Positions 25,771 to 38,224 of a stretch of DNA of 64,000 bases are shown one piece after another. The position numbers and the translations under genes were made by a program. Under the pieces are notes generated by a model. The model saw only the letters and a list, made by a program, of their open reading frames with translations. It was not told where the DNA came from and did no database searches. Position 1 is the first letter of the stretch; each line of letters starts with the position of its first letter. Source of the stretch: Octopus sinensis (Eukaryota); contig NC_043019.1 of NCBI RefSeq assembly GCF_006345805.1, positions 2,480,001 to 2,544,000 of the forward strand, written 5' to 3'.

Positions 25771-26589
25771 CTGGTCAAAATTACTGATAATCAAAGGAAT
25801 TCCAGCTATGACCGTCTTCCTTAAAAGAAAAAGCTCTGCATTGTCTAATTTTATTCAAGATAGAAGAGCGGGATTTGCGGGAGATTTGGCTACAATTTTT
25901 CGTGATTCGAACGACAAAGCAGAGACTCCTTCGTTGGATTCTGTAGCAATATGTTAATCACAGCAGTGTCTCTAAGGAAAGTAAAACCGAAACATATTTT
26001 ATCAAAACACATTAAGGGTTTACTAAATTACCAAAATCTGACAAGGGATTGGTTAGTAATCTTTCACTGAAAAAAATTATGAAAAGTTTTGAAGGACTTT
26101 TTAAAATTTTTTTGTTTTGCTTTTTTCTTAACACACTCAGATCTTATCAAGCCTTATAAAACACCATCCCAAAGTTATTTACTATGTACTCGCATCAGCT
26201 GTCACTTAACCAAAACGTGAATTAGGTTGAAATACGAGCGAACATTTGCGTTGACATAAGGAAAAAGTGTGGGATGTCTTCCTTCCGCTAAACTATCATC
26301 GGTTTCATTAGGTACATTACGATGCTAAATTTCAGCTTTCATTTTCTAAATAATTATGGGAGTAACTACGAGAATAGTTTCAATATAAATATATGAAATA
26401 TAGTATAATAATTTCTTACATAAGCATAAAACCAGAAATATAGTCGAAGTGCGACATTCGAGTTTATCGACTTCAGTTTTTCAAAGGTACTTTATTTTAT
26501 CGATCGCGAAAAATTACAAAGTTGAGCACAAGGGGATTTCAACCCAGATCATAAAGAGCATTCAAGGGTCTAGAGAGTTGATTAAGTCC

Positions 26590-26760
26590 ACGACTTAAGA
26601 ATAGAAACGGCTCCTCTATCGAACTTCCAGAGTTTCTGTCTACCAGATTTCATTCACAAGGCTTAGGTTAACCTGGACCTGTAGTAGAAAGCGCTTGATC
26701 GAGGTGCCGTGCAGTGGGGTCGAACCTAAAACATTATGTCAGCGACGCAAACTTTTTACA
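26590..26760 (-). mobile_element. Degenerate family B SINE 5' part
   Basis: GTTTCTGTCTACCAGATTTCATTCACAAGGCTT..GTAGTAGAAAGCGCTTG..GTGCCGTGCAGTGGG. Confidence 0.6.
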
Positions 26761-26907
26761 GTGATGTCTTCATCTAAATCGTGAAAGCTTATTGAATAGC
26801 TGTGGTAAAGATCCGTCTTCCTTTTCCTATTGAATTAATGTAAATTCTAATTCACAACAGCCCCATTTTGTTACTCTAAACATGATTATTAATCATTTAA
26901 AATTAAA

Positions 26908-27108
26908 GGTGGCGAAATGCGTGGCCGTATTTCCTCTGCCGTTACGTTCTGAGTTCAAATTCTGCCGAGGTTGACTTTGCCTTTCATCCTTTCGGGGTCG
27001 ATTAAATAAGTACCAGTTACGCACTGGGGTTGATATAATCGACTTCATCCGTTTGTCTGTCCTTGTTTGTCCCCTCTGTGTTTAGCCCCTTGTGGGTAGT
27101 AAAGAAAT
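26908..27108 (+). mobile_element. Family A SINE with tail 1
   Basis: Near-consensus body ending AGCCCCTTGTGGGTAGTAAAGAAATA. Confidence 0.9.
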
Positions 27109-27829
27109 ATATATTAATCATTTAAAATTATTCTCACTTTATGTGACTTTCTTAGATTGTTTATCACTTACATTTCCTAAATTTCTTTACAGATTTTACC
27201 CGGTCAACACGTTAACATATTTACAACTAGCTTAGGACTGAGTCAAGCCATTTACACACAAAATAATTAAAACACGGCAATATATCCAGTCAAATTGATA
27301 TCTTATCTAACGTAAACTAATGAGCGATAGGCTGGCAGATATTTTATAGTATTTAGTTGCGTGGCTTCACATTTTGAGTTCAAATTTCACCAAAGTCGAC
27401 TTTAGATTGCATTCTTTCGAAGTGGAGAAAAGAATACCAACTGAACTAATCAAATAGACAATACCATCCCTAAATAGATAAAGCAATGCATCGAATTTAG
27501 AAATCAATATATTCGAATTACATAAATATAGTAACATTTATACGAAGCAAATTTTTCAGTCTTCAGTGTGAAACGCTTTGGAAGTTATCGCAGGTCTTTA
27601 TACGACCTCATGATCTCAAGTCACTGAGGTATTCACCAGGTTTAAACATCACTTTAAGCTATAAAATATATATATATTCCCGCAATAGAATTCGAACTCA
27701 GCACTGAAATCAAAATATATTTAGGAAAATATTACACTATCTTTTTTGTTTACCGAAACAACTATTACCGACTCATGGGAGTCTAGGTGGGGGCTATTAA
27801 GAATAGCGTAAACTATTGAAAGGTGAGCT

Positions 27830-28180
27830 ACTGAATATGTCTACGAATAGTTAAGTGTCTTTGACTAAAGCAGCCTACCAGATAATTAATCCTCAAACTA
27901 TACCTCCGAGAGGAGTCAGAAGTAGTTTTCAAATAATTTCTACTTCACTAGTCCCAATTTCTGGCTTCCTAATTCCCCAGATTGTAATTCCATCGATTAC
28001 TATGAGTGGTGCGCAGTTGAGAAAGACACCAACCGCTCTTCTTGTGACACCAAGGCCGAGCTGGAGACCAAGATCAAGGAAGAGTTCGGAAATCTTCACA
28101 GGTACACAGTGAAGAACAAATGCGCCAGGTTCCGGAGCCGTGCTGGAAGCTGTTGGCGGCTGCTTTTAATAAACTGTTAT
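27830..28180 (+). mobile_element. C-terminal fragment of a maT/DD37D-like Tc1/mariner transposase (pseudogene)
   Basis: Encodes FWLPNSPDCNSIDYY; collinear with 49030-49235. Confidence 0.75.
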
Positions 28181-29053
28181 TACCCAGGTACAATCTAGTT
28201 GATCATTTTTATTGGATATTTTTCTTTTTATGCAAAGTTTCAAATTTAGTCCGATCACCTCATATGTGTGTGTGTGTGTGTTTACGCATGAAAATGAGTC
28301 TACAGTAGACGTTTGCGCATGTGTACGATGGTACAATTCTGCAAGTACGTGATTGCAGTGAAAGCAAACTAATGTAGTGCAAAAGTTCTCTCGTTATAAA
28401 AAGTTTTATACTGTTCTAGTTACGCTATGAAATCATAAAAGTATAGAACTTTAAATAACTGTTGGCTTCAAAGACAAGCAGCGGTGAATTGTTGCACCTT
28501 TTGACTGTTATTGCTTAGAAATAATGGATATCATATCACCTCGATGCAGGTCAGCTATTAGTTAAATGACCCCGTTAAAAATGTGCTGCTTAACATGTAG
28601 TATTTACTACTGCTGGTGCTTTCAACTGCTACTGATATGTACTGCCACTAATATGGAGTAGGTGTGTTCTGAGCATGACTTTAAATTGCAGCCGGTAGTG
28701 AGGCCTTAGTTCGGGGGATTTTTTTTTTGTTTTAGAGGTGTATGGAACTATCTCTTATTCACTATTGTTCCTAGGTTGACTCTGACCCGAAATAGTAGCA
28801 CCTGTCAGGGTCCTAGCTATGGATGAGATCCAGCGGACTCTGCGAAAGAAACCTTCAATGGGGGTGGGAGGAGGTAGCAGCAGCAATGCATTGTGGAGTG
28901 CAGATGGCAAAATGAAACCAGTTTTGCCACTTGACTGAAGATGGTCACGGACAAAAGAATGAGACTGACGATATGCAACTCTTCTTCACTCTGACGTACG
29001 AACATGTGTTAAAAAAAACAACGTATTATTGCTTCCTAATACAACAGCAAGGT

Positions 29054-29610
29054 CAGGCGGTGAGCAGGCAGAATCGTCGGCACGCCGTGTTTGATGCTTC
29101 GTGTTTTTTCGTCTGTGTGGGTTGGGTGGTTCACGGTTGAATTTGCTTTGTATAGTTGTTTGGACTTTTGCTGTTAGCAGCGGTGCTGTTTTTTTTTTTT
29201 TAGAAATGGCAAGGAAGAACAGGTATTCTGACATCAGTGAGACGGACCTGTCGACTTCGGAGGCGGAACTGGCGAGAACGGTCAACAGACTGGACATGGC
29301 GTTAGAAGGAAAAATGAATTACGCAGGAGTAATTAAGCCAACAAGTAAGGAGGTTAACCTTGCTAAGGTACCGGACGGCCAAAAATGGGTGAAAAATCAA
29401 CACTTTATGGGAAATAGAGAAATCGGACTCGTTAGTATGTTGGGCAAAATGCTTAGTGGCATTTCGTCCGACTTTGTTTTGAATTCAAATTCCGTCGACT
29501 TTGCATTTCATCCTTTTAAGGTCGGTAAAATAAGTACCAGTTGAGCACTGGAGTCGATGTAATCGACTGATACACTCACCCCGAAACTACTGGTCTCCTA
29601 CCAAAATAGT
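29054..29610 (+). mobile_element. Family A SINE interrupted by a 336-bp insert (29088-29423)
   Basis: Head AGGCGGTGAGCAGGCAGAATCGTCGGCACGCCG; the SINE resumes at 29424 with a degenerate copy of the same head segment and continues through body and tail. Confidence 0.7.
29206..29400 (+). other. Short open reading stretch MARKNRYSDISETDLSTSEAELARTVNRLDMALEGKMNYAGVIK..: LINE ORF1-like N-terminus or a possible exon
   Basis: Non-repetitive, stop-free, and preceded by a long T run + AGAAATG; lies inside the insert above. Identity is inference only. Confidence 0.4.
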
Positions 29611-29829
29611 TGCTGGATATTGATTCGATACAGCTAACGTAGAGCAAGAGTTCATGTCAGTTACTACTGCCGTCAACGATCAGCTAAGTCATTTAAAACT
29701 GCGTTACCCTAATCACTGGTTCGTTGAAAAGAATGAATTCATTTTATCTGTAGTTTAAATCTGTTGGTGCGAGTTCACTTCAATGGCTCGCCACACAAAT
29801 ATGGTCGTTACAGTATATACATTATTTAT

Positions 29830-30035
29830 AAGGCGGTGAGCTCGCAGAAACGTTAGCGGTATTTCGTCTGTCTTTACATCCTGAGTTCAAATTCCGCCGA
29901 GGTTGACTTTGCCTTTCATTCTTTCGAGGTCGATAATTTAAGTACCAGTTGCGTATTGGGGGGGGGGGGGTCAACCTAATCGACTAGACCCCTCCCCAAA
30001 AATTTCGGGCCTTGTGCCTAGAGTAGAAAAGATTA
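29830..30035 (+). mobile_element. Family A SINE monomer (tail 2)
   Basis: AAGGCGGTGAGCTCGCAG head through GGGCCTTGTGCCTAGAGTAGAAAAGATTATT. Confidence 0.85.
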
Positions 30036-30702
30036 TTTATATCTACGCTACATTTTGACTGGTTTACTATATCTTCATCATCAATGTTTTATTTCTGGGT
30101 GTATATACTTTAATTCTAAAAACGTAGCCAGAGGGTTAGGACAGCACCCACAACCACTGCATGCCCTCTACGAATGTATACAGCGCTAGAATTGGTACGA
30201 ACAAGAAGCTTTTATTTTGAAAGTAAGTGTATTAATTTTCTCGCTGGCATTTGGATAATCTACCAGTACTTGAATGGCCTTTGAACATTTCATTCACCTC
30301 CATTGCAATAATAATAAAGCTTTGAGCTGTCTTGTAAAAATTTAGTTATTACTGGAATATTTTTCAAAATTCCTTTCTTTTAAAGATTATTGCTAAGGAC
30401 GACATTACACTTAGTTTAGAAATAGAGTTTCCTAGTTCGATTCCAATCTGTCAACGTGTATACATCCAGGTATAATACATCTGATGACAAGTGGAAATTA
30501 ATCTGACTATAATGTAATATAAATATTTTTAAAACACTTGCTGAAGAGGAGGCTGAAAATTTACAAAATCTTAATTCTTCTCGGATATTTCGACATTATT
30601 TAGAAAATAGTAGATTTTGTTGAGGATATTGTTTTATATAAAAATTATTATTGGCAAGGGATTCTAAGGTAATTTTTTTAATGTCAATTAGATGTCGGTA
30701 TG

Positions 30703-31146
30703 TACGAGGGAGTGCTGAGTAAAAAGAAAAATGTAGGAGGATCTCTAAATTATGATTTTATTCAACATATCCCCCCTCTCAAATTTACATACTTATTGCA
30801 GCATTCCTTCACTTTTCCTAAGCCCTATAAAAAATCTCGAAATGTTGGGACTCAACAAGACCTTTTGCGACATCTGTTCCACTTCATGTGTCGTTTTTAT
30901 GTTGTGCTGTAAAAAAAAAATTTGTGTATCATTCGATCCTTCGATTTTTGTTTTCAATTTCATATAATAATTTTTTAAAGATCATTTATATGTAAATTTC
31001 ATCCGTGTCTCATGACCCCAAATCATGATGTATTGTCCCCCTCTTCGTTAGCCCCTTGTGGGTAATAAAGAAATAGTGGGTAATATAGAAATACAAGACC
31101 TTTTGCGACATGTTTGAAGCTAGGAATTTTTCGGCATCCCCTCGTA
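30703..31146. mobile_element. Mariner-derived MITE carrying a nested insert
   Basis: Ends TACGAGGGAGTGCTGAG / TTCGGCATCCCCTCGTA, i.e. a TACGAGGG-type mariner TIR with TA ends. Confidence 0.65.
30874..31092 (+). mobile_element. 5'-truncated non-LTR retroelement 3' end with 19-bp TSD
   Basis: ACAAGACCTTTTGCGACAT duplicated exactly (30855-30873, 31093-31111); insert ends TTAGCCCCTTGTGGGTAATAAAGAAATA. Confidence 0.8.
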
Positions 31147-31761
31147 CAGTAATGCAGATCATAATTAAAACTGTTTTCTGTTTCAAGTTCCTCGAACGAT
31201 TTTAATTGTATATAATCGAACTAGTTGAACCTAAATCAAATATAACTTTCAAAGATACATACGAAAAGAAAAGTATGATTAATGCATCCAATTATTATTT
31301 TTATACATATTTCCAAGACTATTTATGTATTTACATTAAGAAAAACAAATACATTGCAAATATATATTTCAACAGCAACAATTTTTAAAGAATGAAATTT
31401 TGAAAAATATTTCGGTAATAACTAAACTTTTACAGGACTGCCCAAAGCTTTCATTAATTTTGTTTTAAGCTTCTTCGATGTAAACACTTGATTTTAATCG
31501 GAGTATTTTTTTAGGAAATACAGCCAAAACATTCTTTCCCAGATTTTTCTTCCTCTCATCTTAATGTCTTTCTCCTGCAATGTTCTATAAATATTTCCTG
31601 TTTCAAATAATTTGATATACCTCTTTACAGACTCATTTTCATTTCAGTTTCATAGATGTCAGGCTTTGATTACTGTTTTTTTTTTATTTCTTTTTGTTTT
31701 GCTTGTTTGAGTTTTTTTTTTGTCAATTTAACTAAGTTCATATCCCTGTAATATTATATAT

Positions 31762-32090
31762 ATAGGCGTTGTTGTGTGCAAAGCAGCTTGCTTCTTGGGC
31801 AAGTGACTTCTATAAACTTGGGCCGACCAAAGCCTTGTGAGTGGATTTGGTAGACGGAAACTGAAAAAAGCCCGTCGTACAACGTGTGTGTGTATGTCCT
31901 TGTGTCTGTTCCCCCACCACCACCGGCTGACAACCGGTGTTGGTGTGTTTGTGTGGCGGTTCGGCAAAAGTAACTGACATAATAAGTACCACTTCTGAAA
32001 AAAATATACTAGGGTCGATTCGTTCGACTAAAAATTCAAAGCAGTGCCCCAGCATGGCTGCAGTCTAGTAACCGAAACAAGTAAAAAACA
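31762..32090 (+). mobile_element. Family B SINE (head partly deleted)
   Basis: GGGCCGACCAAAGCCTTGTGAGTGGATTTGGTAGACGGAAACTG block, short (GT)n, then the 3' half ending CAGCATGGCTGCAGTC..GAAACAAGTAAAA. Confidence 0.8.
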
Positions 32091-32117
32091 AAATATATGT
32101 ATATAAGACCCTTTTAC

Positions 32118-32443
32118 ATGGCTCAGTGATTAGAGCGTCGAGCTTACGATCGTGATGTTGTGAGCTCGAATCCCGGACCGGGCTGTGTGTTGTGTTCTTG
32201 AGCAAGACACTTTATTTCACGTTGCTCCAGTTCACTCAGCTGTAGAAATGAGTTGCGACGTCACAGGTACCAAGCTGTATCGGCCCCTTTGCCTTTCCCT
32301 TGGATAACACTGGTGGCGTGGAGAGGGGAGGCCGGTATGCATGGGCGACTGCTGGTCTTCCATAAACAATCTTGCCCAGACTTGTGCCTGGGAGGGTAAC
32401 TTTCTAGGTGCAAACCCACGGTCAGTCATGACCGAAGGGGGTC
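32118..32443 (+). mobile_element. CORE-like SINE (family C, tail type b), apparently full length
   Basis: A-box TGGCTCAGTGATTAG, B-box-like GCTCGAATCCC, CORE-like TTGAGCAAGACACTTTATTTCACGTTGCTCCAGTTCACTCAGCTGTAGAAATG. Confidence 0.8.
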
Positions 32444-32529
32444 CTAACATACAGCAGTATTGTTATCCTTTCGAACCCTTTACACATTGCAGCTTGCGAT
32501 GGTTTCATTCACACCAGAAAACAATCTGG

Positions 32530-33390
32530 TATTGACATGTAAAGCCATTGTGGAAGTGGTGGGTACAGGATCGGTCGGTTGATATTTGCAAACAACTTGG
32601 TACAACTTGGTTCATTAGAAGGTGATCTCCAGCATGCACCAAGTGGGTTCACTGCCGAGGGCTCCAACGATGAACTGAGAATCGGTGTTGCGAAAACTGA
32701 GAATTTGGTCCCCTCAAGAAATTCTTCCCAGTCCACTCTGCATGTAAGTGGAGCATCAATGACACAGATGGAAAAGTTTAAGTATCTCGGAACATTCACA
32801 GCTGATAGGACGCAAGAAGCTGGACTAGGTGCTAGAATTGCCTGCACTGGCACAAAAGTACACCAGCTCCAGCATTCGAGCCTCAGATGAAAAATTGTTA
32901 AAAAAAAAGTCAAGCTTACTATCTTCAATTCGTATTTTTTGCCTGTCCTTACCTATAGTCATAAATGTTGGGTAATAACTCAAAAAAGTACGATTGTGAA
33001 TACAAGCGGCCGAAAAAGGGTTCCTTCGAAGGATAAAGTTACGTGTTAGGGCGCTCAGCTCAGAGATAAGGGAGTCTCTTCAAGTCGAGCAGTTAATTCT
33101 TCGCATTAAGAGGTTACAGCTCCGATACTACGAATATGTGATCAGAACGTCGCAAGAAATAATTCGAAGACGTATTCTTCCCGCTGAGCCAAGTGGCAGG
33201 AGACTGAGGAGTAAAGCAAAAACAAGATGGTTTGGTAATAACTATAATCTCAGATGGTCGCATTCTGGAATCCAGCCAGAAAGTATAACGGTGATTGCTT
33301 CTGATAGGACCCTCAAGAGGAGATGCTTGAGAACTCTACCTCCCAGGACCTTCCCAGGAATAGTGCGAGGAGAAGATGGACGGGTGGAAT
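32530..33390 (+). mobile_element. RTE-clade (Rex3/Expander-like) LINE, 3' ORF remnant
   Basis: IFANNLV (decayed FADD), QMEKFKYLG, LTYSHKCWV, IQAAE, and GRRLRSKAKTRW resembling GRRPRGRPRTRW. Confidence 0.8.
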
Positions 33391-33599
33391 TTCAGAGTAA
33401 GATGAAATTTTCTTCTATCTGCTTGAATGATGAGGAATGGATCATGCGCCTTGCATGTTTGGTTAACGATTTTGAGAAAGCCATATGCGAGGAAGTAAAA
33501 TATATATAATGTCTTATTTATATATATTTAACATATTTGCTTGAGTGATCTTCTTAAATTAACATCTATTTTGGCCTACTTTGGTTTAATTATTGGTTG

Positions 33600-33880
33600 A
33601 AATTCAACCCACTACTTCACCACTGCTTCTTCCACGGCTTCGCCGTTGCTTCTTCTCTACTTCACAACTGCTTCACTATTTTCTCCCATGCATTGTCACT
33701 GCCTTCCACGGTTTCCCTGCTGCTCCTTTCAATATTCTATCTACCATTACTTTACAACTACCTGATCATTACTTCGCCATTCTTTAACCATATTTCACCA
33801 CTACGTCGTTATTGCTTTAATAGTACTTCATCCCTATTTAAACATTATTGTATTAGGCCTCACTTTACGACACATTTCTG
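33600..33880. repeat. Degenerate pyrimidine-rich repeat built on CTTCACCACTG-like units
   Basis: Recurrent TTCACCACT / TTCAC.ACT / TTCCACGG motifs. Confidence 0.5.
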
Positions 33881-34067
33881 ATGTTCCTTATACAATCAAT
33901 GCATATATATCAAACTGCCTTAAAATTTCTATATACCGTTGGGTTAAGTTATTGGTTATTTCACTAACATCTGCCTTTCCTATTGTATGTATATATACAC
34001 TTAAACTTGTGTGTTTTTCTTAAACTATTGCCCTACATTTCAGCTTTGCTTCTATACTGCAATTTCT

Positions 34068-34479
34068 GGATCTTTTCGGTTTGAACGGCAGTTTTTTTTT
34101 TTATAATTTCCACGTAACTAAACACTTTTAAACTTCGTATACTGGTAGAATATGTTTATAAAATATCTTTTTCTCTTGGCTTTATTGAGAAAATTCTATA
34201 GTTTGTAAGATATTTGTTGTTGTTTTTCTTCAATTTCTGCAATTTCAACCAATCAATGACGTCTATTGAGGTGAAAACATTCTGTGCCGTATGAATATGT
34301 CCCTCGTTTAAGAAACAGATTGGGTTTATTTACATTTCTGAAGAAAAAAAGATACCCTTCCTCCCACCCCTAACCCTAAAACAGATTGAAATGCAATAGA
34401 TCGATACTAGGGTCATAATTATGGGTGGCAATTTCATATGACACCGCTAGAAAAACTGCCGTTCAAACCGAAAAGATCC
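34068..34479 (+). mobile_element. Merlin-like MITE, copy 3
   Basis: Same TIRs; flanks CAATTTCT / TAATTTCT (7/8 TSD). Confidence 0.9.
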
Positions 34480-36429
34480 TAATTTCTTATACGTTGCATT
34501 TCTACTTTTGTTTACATCGTGTCATTACTGTGTTACTTTATTTTCACTCCATTTATCTATGCTTCATCACCCTAAAACGGACAAATTTCCTGTGCCAACA
34601 TGAAAAGTTTTTGTTTTGTTTTTGAATTTTTCCTATTATCTCTTCAATTCTTTAGAAGTTGATATCCCTCTCCATTTTGTGCTGTTACATGAAGTAACGT
34701 ATAAACAAATGTCAAACGCTTAGACTGCAGAATGGATTTGTACACTCAAGTTTGTTTTTCTTCTTTAAAGCATTAAGGAATTGTCTATCAAATATTTTTC
34801 CTCGGTTCCGTTTTTCCATGTTACATTCGCTTGTGCAAGCTTTTTACTTTCCTTTGTTGAAATTAATTATATTTATTCAGTATTTCTTCCCTTTCTCTAT
34901 TGTGTTTGTTCTAGAGGAACATTTGTCGCACAAATGGATTATGGACACTCAGCATATAGGATAATAGTGATTATATGTAGCTTTTTGAAAATCTTAAGAG
35001 AAAATATTGGATTACATGGGTGTTACCTATTTTAGATGAAATATATTTTAAAGAAAATTTCCATCGACTTTCTCATTAGTCAATAATGTAATGAAAAGTA
35101 TGTTTCCAATGTTATTTAGATTCCAAATAGTGATATGGAACTAATTAAAATTCATACACACATATGTACTAAAAGTACGGCAGAAAATCAGAACAAATAT
35201 TATTTTAATAGAGTAGAAAATACTTCGAGTTTGAGAAATTCAGTTGGAAATGTTGATAAAATTCCTTTTCTAAACTCAAGGAATTTTTTCCTTCAATGTT
35301 ATCTCTGAACATTAGGATCACTCTTGATAGCAACCGAGATATAAATATAATAAAAATGTTTGTTATATCACTATTCATCTTTCATACTGAATTAATAGTT
35401 TTTGATAATTTCTTCCATTGTTTATATTAATTAATGTGTCTTATATAATTTTACCATCTCCGGTCTTCCATCACAGCTATAGAAAACACAACCACCAAAT
35501 AAATATAGTGTAGCGTCCAAAGAAACAGGAAGGAACAACGTCTAATAAAACTTACTCTCTATTAATCTGTAAGTCACCAGGATATCGAATATCCCCAGCG
35601 CCATTTCCCGAAGAACAATTTTCCCTCCACAGTATCAGGAAACCATTCTGAAACTTGAAGCTTTTATAGTCGCAACATTTCATTTCTCACAGAATTGGCA
35701 CTGCTGCTTTCCTTAAATTTCTCTTCTCTTTCCTTTCTTCTCTTCATTAAAGTTTATCTCACTAAATATTTGCTCCAAATAATGTATTAAGATTTGTTAT
35801 TGTAATTATTATAGAATCTCAGTATGTTGTTACGCACTTTTGTTATTTACTGAATATAATATTTTATAAGCCTCTCAGATATTTCGAAGTATTGTATGAT
35901 TATGAAGTATGATGTAAGTTATACGCTGGTATAATATCAAAAATTGTTTCATAGATGTAACGATAAAGAATTTTTTTTTAAATAGCAGTTATTTGGAAAT
36001 GTATTTTAAAATGGCATACCATGAAGGTCATTTCCAACCAGATCTTGACAAACATATCTAAAATATTAGCACTGTGAACGTGACGTTCGCTCTAGCAAAG
36101 TAAGCTAGCTATAGAGATTTTCCTGTCTGGGCTAATATTTCTTAATAGAAGCTCTGTTGTTGAATGAAATGACTACGTTTGCAAAAATGTACCTTCGTCA
36201 ACATATTTGAAGGAGGCGAAATATTTTAGACTGTTTTCCCTTAACAATGACAGCTCAAAGTAATAATGCTTGCATACAGCCTTTTCACTGGAAAATAAAT
36301 AATAGGCAACTCAAATTTATTACAGCAACAGTATCAAGTTGAATGAGAATAGCCAAAAGCAATTACAAAATGAAATTTAAAAAAGAAAACACTCTCAAAT
36401 TTGTTTGGAGAAATTATTATTACACGATT

Positions 36430-36855
36430 CTTAGCACGCCGGACTAAATGCTTAACGACATTTCGTCCGTCTTCACGTTTTGCGTTCAAATTCTGCTGAG
36501 GTCGAATTTACCTTTCACCGTTTCGGGGTCGATGAAATAAGTACTAATTGAGGAATGGGGTCGATGTAATCGCCTTACACCCACCCCGAACTTGCTGGCC
36601 TTGTCCCAAAATTTGATATTATTATTATTATTATCATCATTAAGGCGGCGTGCTGGCAAAATCGTTAGGCAAAAACAGGCAAGAAGCTTAGTGGCATTTC
36701 GTCCGTGTTTATTTACGTTCTGGGTTCAAATTCCGCCGAAGTCCACATTACCTTTCATCGTTTCGGGGACTGTAAAACAAGTATCAGTCGAGTACTGGGG
36801 TCGATGTAATCGACTATGTCCCTTCCCCAAATTTCAGGCCCTGAGTAGAAAGGAT
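36430..36855 (+). mobile_element. Two family A SINEs head-to-tail, separated by (ATT)n
   Basis: ..CAAAATTTGATATTATTATTATTATTATCATCATT-AAGGCGGCGTGCTGGCAAAATCGTTAG.. Confidence 0.8.
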
Positions 36856-37120
36856 GGATCTTTTCGCTTTGACCGGCAGATTTTTAAAATAATTTCTTTG
36901 TAACTAAACACTTTTAAACTTCGTATACCGGTAGTGTTACACAAAACATATTTTTCTCTTGGCTTTCTTGAGAAAATTCTGTAGTTTGTAAGCTATTTGT
37001 TGTTTAATTTCTTGCATTTCGGCAATTTCAACCAATCAATGACGTCTATTGAGGTGAATACAATATCTACCGTATTTTGTCAACAACATTTTCTGGCGGT
37101 GTCATATGAATTTGTCACTG
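36856..37120 (+). mobile_element. Degenerate, rearranged relative of the Merlin-like MITE
   Basis: Starts GGATCTTTTCGCTTTGACCGGCAG and follows copy 1 for about 200 bp; no right TIR. Confidence 0.65.
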
Positions 37121-37409
37121 TTATTTATGTATTTGTGTAATTGACTTAACTCTCCTCCGAAATCCGATAGTGCGTGTCTTTTTTAAGTATTCTTCCTTTT
37201 TTTTGTGCATAATGCTCACTGTTTTTACTATTTCTCAAGGCATTCAGCAACTGAAATCTTAATGGGTAAGCCTATAGGTGACTCTTAGGTTTGGACTGCC
37301 CACAGAAACAAAATGGGGATTCCACATTATGACCCCATTTCAGTTTTTTGGTTTCTAAAGAAATAATTAGAAGATATTAAAACAATCATTTCTAACTTAA
37401 GGGTGAGGA

Positions 37410-37700
37410 CATATATTTTGTGCGAAAAAACAGTCGATTATATCGACCCAACTACTTAAAGTTTTCGAATGGAGGAAAGGGGAAATCAAGTGCGACGAAA
37501 TTTGAATTCAGGAAGTCTAGAATTATATGAAAACAGTGCAAGACATTCTTATGGCACTAACTCTGCTAATCCACAGTTCTCATAAAGAATAAAATAGTCC
37601 TTTCTAATTCTGGCACAAGGCCGGCAATTTTGAGGGTTGTGGGGAAGCCAATAACATCGACTCCAATGCTCAGGTAGTTCATATTTTATCGATCTCGAAA
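37410..37700 (-). mobile_element. Degenerate family A SINEs
   Basis: GTCGATTATATCGACCC, GAAATTTGAATTCAG and GGCACAAGGCCGGCAATTTT motifs. Confidence 0.55.
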
Positions 37701-38224
37701 CAATTTTTCAAAGATTTTGTTCAATATTAATTTTTTAGAAAAACTGTCAACTAAAACAATAGGGCGTTAACTTTTGTTCATAATTCTGCAAATAATTAAT
37801 TTGAATGAAGAATTTTTTATTCAATGTATGTACAATATGTTCTTGAATATCATTTACGTTCAGACTTGCAAAAAGTTTCGCGACTGATTTTTTGATGATA
37901 TATATTTACTGCACTTCCGTGCTATATTGCGCATCGACCAGTCATTGAACACTTCCAGTAGCTTATCACATTTTCTTCAGAGAAAAGATTGCTAGCACTT
38001 TACCCAGCCAATTTCAAGAGAAAGGGCATTCTATGTGTGGTCTCACACGGACGGCCCTTCTCACGGCGTGACCTAGCTAAATCAGAGACTGAAAGAGAGA
38101 GCAGAGAGAGAGGGGGGAGAAGAGTTGGAGGTGGAAGCGATTTTCAATATTTGAATGCTATTTTACTTATCAATACAGGAAGGATAAAAGACAAATTTGG
38201 CTTCAGTGAGAGAACCGTGACAAA

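Noticed and set aside
28819-28938. Short ORF MDEIQRTLRKKPSMG.. as a terminal exon
   Set aside because: Only 39 aa; the in-frame upstream sequence has stops and looks like a dispersed repeat; no convincing splice context.
29101-29544. The full 147-aa ORF as a gene
   Set aside because: Its last ~45 codons run through SINE sequence and its start is a non-ATG codon in a UTR-like stretch; only the central part is kept as a candidate.
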